Origin: Myxococcota bacterium | GTDB taxonomy: Bacteria; Myxococcota_A; Polyangia; HGW-17 | Direction: 5' to 3' | Assembly: GCA_018821305.1 (NCBI GenBank) | Contig: JAHJMN010000021.1 | Location: 17,451-81,450 of the forward strand | DNA length: 64,000 bases | In this document: positions 49,912 to 58,627 of the stretch, in pieces | How positions within the stretch are numbered: the stretch's first letter is position 1 | Layout: the number at the start of each line of letters is the position of its first letter | Position numbers and translations under genes: made by a program | Notes under the pieces: generated by a model | What the model was told of the DNA's origin: nothing | The model's database searches: none | The model's input: the letters and a program-made list of their open reading frames with translations, nothing else

Positions 49912-50718
49912 TTACCGCTCTGAATTATAGGGTTTAAAAGGGGAAGCATCTGATTTATCTGTGTCCTTTTTCTTCTTTGCCAACTTTCGCTTCAGAGCGC
50001 GTCCCTTCCGGGATGCTTTTTCCTTTTTTTCTTCAGGTTTTTTGTCTACTGTTTTTTCAGATTTCTGAGTTGTTTGACGCAAACCACCTGAAGTGGTAAC
50101 ACCAATGATACCGGTTATAGCTGCAGCTTTTTCAGGGCCCATTTTCTGCAAAATTTTCGCCGCAACTTCACTTTCAAGAGCATAAATTATTCGTGCACCC
50201 TGCCAACTATCCATCCCTTCAATCATTTTCGCTGCGGCCTGTGGTTTCAAATTGCTTATAATTTCAGTGAGCTTTTTATCTTTCCTGGAAAGGAGAATCT
50301 CAGCATTGGATTTTTCCTGATTCTTTTCAGCAATTACATTTGCCACAGGCTTTGCTACGGGGGGCTTGACCTTGCTTTTTAACTCCATGTAGTTTATCAA
50401 ACTGATTATCTGTGATCTCTGGAGTGCGAGACTTTCCTCATAGGCGCGAAGTTCATCTTCCTTCGATTTAATTTCTTCAGTCTTTTTTGCAAGTTCCCCT
50501 TTCATTTTTATAAGCTTTTCACCAAGTCTTGCTATGGCATCATCATCAACCGGGGGACACTCCTTTAACTGATGATTATCATATTTTGGATAGGGTTCCT
50601 CCTGATCAGTTGGTGCCTTTACGGGAGGATTAACTGCAGAAGGGGCATTAAATCCGGGATAAATTACTGCAATCCCAAATGATAATAGTAAAAATGTTGC
50701 AATAAGGATGTATTTCAT
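49912..50718 (-). CDS. MotE/YlxF/FlbB-like flagellar protein (coiled coil plus MgtE_N-like domain)
   Basis: N-terminal TM, coiled coil, LKPQAAAKMIEGM..AAKILQKMGPEKAAAI; lies between fliJ and fliK. Confidence 0.78.
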   Translation of the reverse strand: MKYILIATFLLLSFGIAVIYPGFNAPSAVNPPVKAPTDQEEPYPKYDNHQLKECPPVDDDAIARLGEKLIKMKGELAKKTEEIKSKEDELRAYEESLALQRSQIISLINYMELKSKVKPPVAKPVANVIAEKNQEKSNAEILLSRKDKKLTEIISNLKPQAAAKMIEGMDSWQGARIIYALESEVAAKILQKMGPEKAAAITGIIGVTTSGGLRQTTQKSEKTVDKKPEEKKEKASRKGRALKRKLAKKKKDTDKSDASPFKPYNSER

Positions 50719-51140
50719 TTTTCATTCCTCCTGGATGAAAATATATCATCAACTTCTCTCTCCTGCTTTTTAGTTGCAGCCTTCTGGAGTTCCGTTGCTT
50801 TCTTTTCATGAATTTTCTTTAAACCGGACAATTCCTGATGGAGCATTGTCAACTTCTCCATTTGCCTTTTCTTAGACTCTTCAAGATTCTCCAGCACTTC
50901 GATCAACTTCTTTCGCTGGTTTTCAAGGCTCAATCGCCCGGCACTAATCATTTCCAGATCCATACTTGAAACCACAGAGTCCAGGTCGGGTTTCAGGTTT
51001 ACAAGTTTCTTTTCACAAGTATTTATTTTATTAAGACTCTCAGATATTTCAGTATTTATCCCCGCAAGTATGCTACTTTCACGATCTAAAAGACTACTTT
51101 TCAAGTCAATAATATTCTCAAAGCCAGTTTTTTCCTTCAT
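50715..51140 (-). CDS. fliJ: Flagellar export protein FliJ
   Basis: 141-aa coiled coil directly after fliI; KQEREVDD C-terminal motif. Confidence 0.75.
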   Translation of the reverse strand: MKEKTGFENIIDLKSSLLDRESSILAGINTEISESLNKINTCEKKLVNLKPDLDSVVSSMDLEMISAGRLSLENQRKKLIEVLENLEESKKRQMEKLTMLHQELSGLKKIHEKKATELQKAATKKQEREVDDIFSSRRNEK

Positions 51141-51192
51141 ATTACATTTCTTTCAAGTTTTTTCAGTATCATATAGTTTATATTCAACATTA

Positions 51193-52518
51193 TCATGAGA
51201 ACTGTCCTTCCAGTTGCTCAAGTTTCTGGATTGTGTCCTCAAAGGACCATTTTTCAAAAACTTCCTGTCGAAAATATTCCTGGATGGAACTTCTCGCCTT
51301 TAGAGCAAGATCAAGCATTGGATCCGAACCGGGACTGTAAGCTCCGATGGAAACGAGATCCGCACTTTTATGATAAATACTGAGTAGGTGTCTTATTTGC
51401 CGAGCCGCCTTCAAATGCTTAGGTGTAGCAATATCATTCATTAGACGTGAAACCGAGCGGCCAACATCAACTGGTGGATACTGACCCTGTTGCGCCAGTT
51501 GTCGCGACAGAAGGATGTGGCCATCCAATATTGCAAGGGATGCATCCGCGATAGGGTCTGACATATCATCACCTTCTACTAATACTGTGTAAATTGCTGT
51601 AATACTTCCGCCGGAATGCAGAACTCCTGGCCTTTCAAGCAATCGTGGAAGGGCAGCAAACACTGATGGAGTATAACCCTTGGTTGTGGGAGGTTCCCCA
51701 GCCGCAAGGCCCATTTCTCGACCGGCCATTGCAAAGCGGGTCAAGCTGTCCATCATGAGAAGTACATTTTTTCCTTGAGCTCTGAATCCTTCAGCTATAG
51801 CAGTTGCAACAGCTGCACCACGAAGTCTCAATGGTGGCGCATCATCAGAAGATGAGACCACGATAACTGTTTTTTCCATCCCTTCAGGTCCAAGATGTCT
51901 TTCAAGGAACTCTCCAACTTCACGACCGCGCTCACCAATAAGCCCAATTACAAAAACATCCGCATCGGCATTTCTTACAATACTACCTAAAAGAGTGCTC
52001 TTCCCAACACCAGCACCAGCAAAAATTCCTATTCTCTGGCCGCGGCCTATGGTTAACATGGAGTCAATAACCTTAATTCCGAGAGATATTGGTTCCGTGA
52101 TGAGTTTTCTAGCAAGGGGAAGAGGTGGAGATGCCCACACAGGAAATGAATTCCCCGATGGAATGAGACTTTTTCCGTCAATTGGGTTGCCCATGGGACC
52201 AATGACGCGACCAAGAAGATAATCACCTACTTTTATTTCATTTCCACCATGGCTTTTACGAAGAATGCTGTTTTCACTAATCCCTCGTGTCTCACCCAAG
52301 GGCATAAGAAGCAATTTTCCTTCTTTAATTCCTACTACTTCCGCTTTTAAGATGCGTCCGGAGACAGTTTCAATATCGAATAAATCCCCTACACTTCCAT
52401 CATGACCACTGCCTTCTACCAGAATTCCTCTGATATTCCTGACTCTGCCTTCAAACCTTGGAGTCTGATCGACTTCAGAAATCTTTTCAAGGTATCGATT
52501 TATATTGAATTCAGACAT
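51193..52518 (-). CDS. fliI: Flagellum-specific ATPase FliI
   Basis: GAGVGKS, IGERGREV, MDSLTRFAMA..GEPPTTKGY and LDGHILLSR. Confidence 0.96.
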   Translation of the reverse strand: MSEFNINRYLEKISEVDQTPRFEGRVRNIRGILVEGSGHDGSVGDLFDIETVSGRILKAEVVGIKEGKLLLMPLGETRGISENSILRKSHGGNEIKVGDYLLGRVIGPMGNPIDGKSLIPSGNSFPVWASPPLPLARKLITEPISLGIKVIDSMLTIGRGQRIGIFAGAGVGKSTLLGSIVRNADADVFVIGLIGERGREVGEFLERHLGPEGMEKTVIVVSSSDDAPPLRLRGAAVATAIAEGFRAQGKNVLLMMDSLTRFAMAGREMGLAAGEPPTTKGYTPSVFAALPRLLERPGVLHSGGSITAIYTVLVEGDDMSDPIADASLAILDGHILLSRQLAQQGQYPPVDVGRSVSRLMNDIATPKHLKAARQIRHLLSIYHKSADLVSIGAYSPGSDPMLDLALKARSSIQEYFRQEVFEKWSFEDTIQKLEQLEGQFS

Positions 52519-53461
52519 TTTCGTTCTCCGACTCTAAGGACTTTTTTATCTGCTCAAATCGAGTATCCAGTGTATTATCAATACGACCCCCGGAGTACTC
52601 AAGGATGCAACCACCAAACATTATTTCTCCGGTGGCCTCAACTCGATATCCTCTGTATGAATTGAAATCATCAATAAAATGACTGTGACTTTTTTTTAAA
52701 TATTCATAATCATCTGGATTAAGTTTAAGAACGATTTTTTCTTCATCATCTATATATGAGAGGGCTTCTTTTATATACTTAAACACCATCTCTCTGTTAT
52801 CTGCCGCCGAATTACCAAGTACTTTAGAAACGATCATAAGACTTAAATCAGTAACTACATTCATATAATTTTCTTTTATTTCTCGAACTTTAGTTGTCAT
52901 ACGTTCAAGTCCGGAACCCAGGGAAGCGCGAATTTTTTCTATTTCAATCTCGTACCGGGCAATTCCTTCTTCCATGCCGACTCTATACCCTTCATCTTTT
53001 GCCCGATCCCACTGAACGCGAAGGTCTTCTTCTTTCTTCATTAACTCTTCCCAGAAAATCTCGTTTTCCTCTCTAAGTTTCCTTAGTCTCTGCTCTTCCT
53101 CCATAAGGTTGCGGCTCAAACTGACCTCTCTGGTCATTCGGCCCTCTTTTGATTTGTCCGGTTTAGCATCCGGTATTTCAAACTGTTCAATTACTTCGGG
53201 CAATTTTTCCTTCTGGGAAAGCTCTTTTTTCTCTAACTCATTCATGAGCATTTCATTGAGGCTTACGGATGGTATAACATCTTCAATAGGCCTGATTTCG
53301 ACGTCATGGACTTCGTGATTACCACCGCTTCGAAGCCACGCCGGGAGATCAACACGACCGGATTTCTCCACAGGTTGAAGAATGCTGTCCAGATCTCTTG
53401 ATTGGAGACCGGATGGCGTCCAGGTCCTGATTTCTTTAAAATGTCGTGTTGTATTGCTCAT
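52511..53461 (-). CDS. fliH: Flagellar assembly protein FliH
   Basis: AxxxGxxxG repeat, LKLNPDD and GGCILEYSGGRID. Confidence 0.9.
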   Translation of the reverse strand: MSNTTRHFKEIRTWTPSGLQSRDLDSILQPVEKSGRVDLPAWLRSGGNHEVHDVEIRPIEDVIPSVSLNEMLMNELEKKELSQKEKLPEVIEQFEIPDAKPDKSKEGRMTREVSLSRNLMEEEQRLRKLREENEIFWEELMKKEEDLRVQWDRAKDEGYRVGMEEGIARYEIEIEKIRASLGSGLERMTTKVREIKENYMNVVTDLSLMIVSKVLGNSAADNREMVFKYIKEALSYIDDEEKIVLKLNPDDYEYLKKSHSHFIDDFNSYRGYRVEATGEIMFGGCILEYSGGRIDNTLDTRFEQIKKSLESENENV

Positions 53462-53485
53462 ATATTGCTTTCCTTAACATGTCCA

Positions 53486-53670
53486 TTCGTGTCTTTATTT
53501 TCAGGACATTAACTAGTCCGTGTCCTGAAAATCAATTTTTATCAAAATTGAGCATGTTTAGGAAAACATGCTATTCAGAACACTATAATAATTTCAAAGT
53601 CTTCATTCTTAATATCCTGGGTAAAAATTTGGTGCAAAATTTAAAAGATCGCATTACAGGACATTAACTA
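53486..53670. mobile_element. Family A-ended elements: minimal copy (53486-53515) sharing a TA with a 157-bp element of different interior (53514-53670)
   Basis: TAGTCCGTGTCCTGAAAAT ... ATTACAGGACATTAACTA; the terminal CTA is the fliG TAG stop. Confidence 0.7.
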
Positions 53671-54687
53671 TACAAAATCTTCTCCCCCGTGACCCGCAAC
53701 CTGAATTTTGCCTTCTGCTTCAAGACGCATTGCAATTTCCACAATTTCCTGCTGGGCCTGTTCGACAACACTGAGTCGCTGAGGAGGTAGAATATCAAGA
53801 TCATCCATAATCATGGCAGCGGCACGTTTGGATAGAGCACCAAGGATCTTGTCCCTGAGCTCATCAGAAGAACCTTTGAGAGCCATAAGTAACTGATCAT
53901 TTGTAACTTCCTTAAGAAGAGTCTGGAATCCACGGCCATCAATTCCCGTGAGATCTTCAAATGTAAACATTGCCCTTCGAATGCGGCTGACTGCTTCTGG
54001 GTTATCTTCTTCCAGTTCTTTAAGGAGCTCATCACCAATTTCAAAATCAAGATGCTTAACAACTTCCGCTGTAAGAGAGATACCGTCCATATCAAGAGCA
54101 TCGATATCCCCAATACACTCAAGTTCCCGCCTGAGTACATGTTCAATGTCGTTCATCGCCTGTCTTGGAATTGATTCAAGCGTGGCCATACGTTTTAAAA
54201 TCCGGATCTGGGCTTCATGGGGGAATAATTCAAGCGTGGCCGCTGCCAAAGAGGCGTCCGTCTGAGCCAGGATTACTGCAACGGTTTGAGGACTCTCATC
54301 CAGTAATACGTTTGCTACTATATTTGGATCAAGGGATGACAATTTCTGGAGAGCGGTAAGAGGAGTACGGTTTTTCATGCCAAAGACATCCTCTATCACA
54401 TCCTCTCCTTTAACTTTGCCGACAATCTTTCGGAGGTATTCATCACCACCTCTTAAAGACATGATCTCCCCTCGAGCCAGTTTCTGGAAATCTTCATAGA
54501 CCAACTGGAAATGAGTTGGTCCAATTTCATCCATTTTTTGGATTTGATCACTTACTCGTCGGATTTCATGAGGATCCAGTCTCGCGAAAATCGGCATCGC
54601 CAATTCTTCGGGCAAGCTTAAAAGGAATATTGTCGCTTTTTCAATGTTATTGAGATTGAACTGTTCGGTTTTTGACGCTTCAGCCAT
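53668..54687 (-). CDS. fliG: Flagellar motor switch protein FliG
   Basis: ESPQTVAVIL, MFTFEDL and SKRAAAMIMDDL..VEQAQQEIV. Confidence 0.96.
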   Translation of the reverse strand: MAEASKTEQFNLNNIEKATIFLLSLPEELAMPIFARLDPHEIRRVSDQIQKMDEIGPTHFQLVYEDFQKLARGEIMSLRGGDEYLRKIVGKVKGEDVIEDVFGMKNRTPLTALQKLSSLDPNIVANVLLDESPQTVAVILAQTDASLAAATLELFPHEAQIRILKRMATLESIPRQAMNDIEHVLRRELECIGDIDALDMDGISLTAEVVKHLDFEIGDELLKELEEDNPEAVSRIRRAMFTFEDLTGIDGRGFQTLLKEVTNDQLLMALKGSSDELRDKILGALSKRAAAMIMDDLDILPPQRLSVVEQAQQEIVEIAMRLEAEGKIQVAGHGGEDFV

Positions 54688-54713
54688 AGCATTAATCTCC
54701 CCGCCGGTATATT

Positions 54714-54729
54714 TGCAATGACTATGCCG
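54714..54729 (-). promoter_or_regulatory. Sigma-54 (-24/-12) promoter of the fliG operon, with an IHF-like site at 54779-54791
   Basis: Minus strand CGGCATAGTCATTGCA has correct GG-N10-GC spacing; ATTCAAGTACTTA is one mismatch from WATCAANNNNTTR. Confidence 0.7.
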
Positions 54730-54979
54730 TCCACTTTAATCCCACATGATTCGTCATGTACTGTGTTTCACTACATAAATTCAAGTACTTACGCAGGCCG
54801 CATTCATCTTCATAATTCCGAATTTACACTTTTGCCGTCGGTTTTATGGCACTTACTGCCAGAAATCCCGTTTTTCGGGGGGTATCCTTCTCAATAAAAA
54901 AACCTGAAAAATCACGTTTATGACAGAGACTTCTTGAATCTGGCAAAAATTACAATAAAATAGATCCGGAGATTCAATC

Positions 54980-55747
54980 ATGAAAACACTTCTCATAGTT
55001 TCAACTCTTTTCTCATTGTTCTTTTCTACTAACGCTTCTGCCCAGCAGCCATGTGGCACCATAGTTACAGGACATGGTCCTATAGGTGTGGCAGTTTCAG
55101 TTCCTTGCCCACCGCCGCCCCCGCGAGTTGTAATTGTAAGAAGGCGGCCAGTACGACGTTATATTGACCCGGCACCGGCACCAGCACCGGTGGCTCCCGT
55201 TGATGTCAGTGGACTTGACATTACTGATGTAAACCGCTGGACCGTAGGAATCATGTTTGATTCTACCAGTTCCGACAAGGGCGGACTTGCCGGCTCCATG
55301 GTTTTCGGTCGGTTTCTTTTCCTGGAAAACCTGAGTTTCGAACTGGGTTTTGCGGGGCTCACCTCCTGCACCAATTGCAACGAACTCGCTTCACGTAAGG
55401 ATTCCAGAGTTCATACCTCCGTCAACTGGTACTGGGATCGAATCAAGCACAGCGGCTTTAACCCCTTCCTTAAGGGTGGCTTTGTATTTTCCAATATTAC
55501 TATGTACAATGACGTAAATGGAAGTTCCGCAACTACATCAGTTACCGCAGTGGAACTTGGCGGTGGACTTGAATGGAGAATCATCCCCTGGCTCAGCCTT
55601 GAAATTCAGGCTACATTAATGACCAATAACAACGCCACAGATAAAACTGACGATTATGCCCCAATTAACGATGCCCATACAAAAGGTATCCCGCCAGTCG
55701 GGGCAAATGGTATCAATATCCGTTTTGGGCTTAATGTAAACTTCTAA
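54980..55747 (+). CDS. Outer-membrane beta-barrel protein with Pro-rich N-terminal region
   Basis: Signal peptide ASA-Q, alternating amphipathic strands, terminal FGLNVNF. Confidence 0.75.
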   Translation: MKTLLIVSTLFSLFFSTNASAQQPCGTIVTGHGPIGVAVSVPCPPPPPRVVIVRRRPVRRYIDPAPAPAPVAPVDVSGLDITDVNRWTVGIMFDSTSSDKGGLAGSMVFGRFLFLENLSFELGFAGLTSCTNCNELASRKDSRVHTSVNWYWDRIKHSGFNPFLKGGFVFSNITMYNDVNGSSATTSVTAVELGGGLEWRIIPWLSLEIQATLMTNNNATDKTDDYAPINDAHTKGIPPVGANGINIRFGLNVNF

Positions 55748-55783
55748 TCACTTTTAAAACAATTTAAAACCGGGACTCAAAGG

Positions 55784-56737
55784 ATGATTTCAATGAAAAA
55801 ACTATTCCTGACTCTGATCTTTTTAACGGTATTTACCGGTTGCGACGATGATAACTCTAACAATAGCAACAATACGAACAGCAACAATACTAATAACAGT
55901 AATAATTCCACAAATAACACCAATAATGTCAATCCTTGTGATGGAGTCAACTGTTCCGGTCATGGACAATGTGTCGTCAGCGGTTCTGCAGCCTCCTGTG
56001 ATTGTGATGAAGGCTGGGTTCCATCGGGATTAACCTGCGTTGAAGCTCAGGATCCGTGTACAGGCATAGATTGCTCAGGTCATGGGGATTGTTCATCAAC
56101 GAACGGCACAACACCTATCTGTACTTGTGACAACGGTTATGTAAATGCTGGCACCGGTGGTCTTGAATGCATCGAAGAATCCAATGACTGCACTGGCGTA
56201 ACCTGCTCAAATCATGGAACCTGCGTAATTCAGTCTGATGGTCCAGTTTGCGCCTGTGAAAATGGTTATACTCCATCCGCTTCTCATGGTCTTGATTGTG
56301 TTCCCGTGGATCAGGTTTGTATCGGAGGGGCTATCGACTATGATTTTGATAATGATGGCACCAATGATACATGGTTTGAACCGAACTCTGATGAGTGCCT
56401 GCAGTATGAAATTCTGAACAGAACCCGGGCAACCCATGATGACGAAGGAACCCCGGAGTGCCATAAACCCCTCATGTGGAATGTTTTGTGGGCTGCACAC
56501 GGCCGTAATCACTCAATCCGCATGGCAAATCAGGGAAGCCTGTTCCATGACGATTACCCATCAGGTCAGAACTGCGCATACGGCTGCGGTCCCGATTGCG
56601 AGATGAACATGTATATGACCGGAGAAGGCGAAGATCACTGCCCTCCCCTTTCTCATCACTGCAATATAATGCGCTGCAGTTTCACCCAGGTAGGAATCGG
56701 CTACAGCGGCACCTGGAACACCCAAAACTTCCTTTAA
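55784..56737 (+). CDS. Lipoprotein with Asn-rich tether, three EGF-like repeats and a C-terminal CAP/SCP domain
   Basis: Lipobox FTGC; three C.G..CS.HG.C..C.C..G repeats; LNRTR..LMW..HSIRM..H..NIM..FTQVGIG..TQNF. Confidence 0.85.
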   Translation: MISMKKLFLTLIFLTVFTGCDDDNSNNSNNTNSNNTNNSNNSTNNTNNVNPCDGVNCSGHGQCVVSGSAASCDCDEGWVPSGLTCVEAQDPCTGIDCSGHGDCSSTNGTTPICTCDNGYVNAGTGGLECIEESNDCTGVTCSNHGTCVIQSDGPVCACENGYTPSASHGLDCVPVDQVCIGGAIDYDFDNDGTNDTWFEPNSDECLQYEILNRTRATHDDEGTPECHKPLMWNVLWAAHGRNHSIRMANQGSLFHDDYPSGQNCAYGCGPDCEMNMYMTGEGEDHCPPLSHHCNIMRCSFTQVGIGYSGTWNTQNFL

Positions 56738-56941
56738 CAAACCCACCCGGGTATTCCGAAATTCCTTGCCTTTCCGATTTCCAGTGTTTGAAAATCCTGT
56801 CATTTATAGAACTACGAAAAGTTTTTTAAAGCGTCGAGGGAAAAGAATGAAGCGACAAAAACATTCTGTGGGGCAGCGGAATAACAAAATGGGGATGTGA
56901 ATTATTTTTGTCATACCGAAAATTTGCAGCGGCGCCCGCGT

Positions 56942-57216
56942 TATACCGCTTTCGAGGTAATACGATAGTAACTTAATTTAAAGAAAAGCTTCAGGAGAAA
57001 GACCCTGATTTTGCCTTGCATTCCGCTGCGCGAAATTGCTTGCCTGTTTCTGCTACTGAATTCCTGAATACCTGAAATTTTAAACAGAGACTCAGGTAGT
57101 CAGGCAAACAGGTTCAGGAACAGGGCGTAAATATTCAATATCAAATAATAATTAAAAGGAACATAATTTTTAATTCAATTTCCCAATTTCGTTCCTTTTA
57201 CTCCGCAAGCGGTCTA
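56942..57216 (+). mobile_element. MITE-like repeat family B, full copy with a ~30-bp insert
   Basis: TATACCGCTT ... AAGCGGTCTA; collinear with 28726-28967. Confidence 0.85.
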
Positions 57217-57418
57217 ATACGATTGTTACTTAATTCAAAGAAAGCCTTCAGGAGAACGACCCTGATTTTGCCTTGCATTCCGCTGCGCGAAATTGCTTGC
57301 CTGTTACTGCTACTGATTTCCTGTTGCCTGATTTTTTTACAGGTAATCAGAAAGTCAGGAAATCAGGTTCAGGAACAGGGCGTAAATATTCAATATCAAA
57401 TAATAATTAAGTGGTCTA
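57215..57418 (+). mobile_element. MITE-like repeat family B, tandem internally deleted copy
   Basis: Direct repeat of the preceding copy; ends AAGTGGTCTA on the TAG stop of the 57416 gene. Confidence 0.8.
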
Positions 57419-58588
57419 TTCGATTACAGAGTTTGAGACTTGAGGATCGCCGTTGGCCAGGACGAAAATTCCGGGGTATCCCTGAGTTTCAAAGCCATCG
57501 GAAGGATTGCGCTGGAGGGTACTGTTTTCGATGACAAGATGACCAGACCGGTCGTTGGAAACGAAGAAAATGGCACCGCCACCTTCGTTTGCGTGATTGT
57601 CGGTGATTCTTGTGCCGCAGATGCGAAGAGTAAAAGTGTTTCCGTCGTTATAAATGGCTCCACCGCTACCGCCCCCGGGAGTTCCGGACTGGGCAGGGTT
57701 TGCACCGTTTCCGATGGCGCGGTTGTGAGTGAAAAGGCTGTTGATTACGTAGTACGAAACACCAATTGAACTGAGGCCACCGCCGTTGGAGCAGTAATTG
57801 CCCAAATCCTCCCGACCACCGAATGTAGAATTTACAACGTAGACAGGTGCATCTTCAAATTGATCGAAAACCCGAATGGCAGCGCCACCGACATCGGGCC
57901 CTGTTTCGTCACACTGGTTTGTGAAAAACCGGCTGTTTATGACCTTAAACCGACCACCTCTGACAAAGATGGCTCCTCCGCCGTCGGGATCATGCTCCCC
58001 GGTGGAGTTACCGTTAATAAACGTAAGATTCTGCACCGTGAGCCGCGGATGATCCTGATCGTTGCAATGGGGCGTCGTCCAAACCTGATCCTGATCGCAG
58101 GTGTTCATGTAGAGGATTCGGCGAGCACCGTCGCCATTGAGAGTAACCATATTTCCGCCATCGATGACGATTTCCGGCCCGGTATTGTTGAATATCTTCG
58201 CCGTTTCGGTAAGGGTAATGATAACGGGCTCGGGTCCGCAGTTGAAGGTGATAATGCCACCGGCAGCGACGGCAGCGACAAATGCTTCTGATGTACAACT
58301 CTCCGCCGTTCCGTCACCCACAACTATCGTCGGATTAGATGTATCCTCGAGGGCGGCATCGTCGGGAATGGAACAGTTGCCATCAGGATTTCCCGTGGGG
58401 GGAAGCTCCGCCAGATGTTCATTGATTGCGCAGAATGTTCCGCCCCAGTAACCTCCAGCAGCTGTGCAATCTCCGTCAGTTACGCAGAGATTAAGGTAAT
58501 CAGCACTGCAAACGGCCTTTTTCCCGCCGCCGCCGGAGCTGCAGGCGGAAAAAATACCCACAATAGATAAAAATAAAAGCTTTTTCAT
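57416..58588 (-). CDS. Lipoprotein with right-handed beta-helix (pectin-lyase-like, Pmp-type GGAI/FxxN repeats)
   Basis: Lipobox FSAC; GGGAIF, FFTN, FTHN and GGAIY repeats; visibly higher GC than neighbouring genes. Confidence 0.75.
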   Translation of the reverse strand: MKKLLFLSIVGIFSACSSGGGGKKAVCSADYLNLCVTDGDCTAAGGYWGGTFCAINEHLAELPPTGNPDGNCSIPDDAALEDTSNPTIVVGDGTAESCTSEAFVAAVAAGGIITFNCGPEPVIITLTETAKIFNNTGPEIVIDGGNMVTLNGDGARRILYMNTCDQDQVWTTPHCNDQDHPRLTVQNLTFINGNSTGEHDPDGGGAIFVRGGRFKVINSRFFTNQCDETGPDVGGAAIRVFDQFEDAPVYVVNSTFGGREDLGNYCSNGGGLSSIGVSYYVINSLFTHNRAIGNGANPAQSGTPGGGSGGAIYNDGNTFTLRICGTRITDNHANEGGGAIFFVSNDRSGHLVIENSTLQRNPSDGFETQGYPGIFVLANGDPQVSNSVIE

Positions 58589-58627
58589 TTTCTCCTCCCT
58601 TTCAGAGAATCAGTCCGCCAAGAAAAC

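Noticed and set aside
51193..54687. Injectisome-type T3SS
   Set aside because: FliG, FlgD and FlgE are flagellum-specific.
24980..57418. Repeats as integron attC sites
   Set aside because: End polarity is GTTA...TAAC rather than RYYYAAC...GTTRRRY, the neighbours include housekeeping genes in both orientations, and there is no integrase.
57223..57534. 103-aa ORF (also 3055-3240, 43074-43274 and 53446-53667)
   Set aside because: These lie largely inside non-coding repeat elements and lack convincing starts or motifs.
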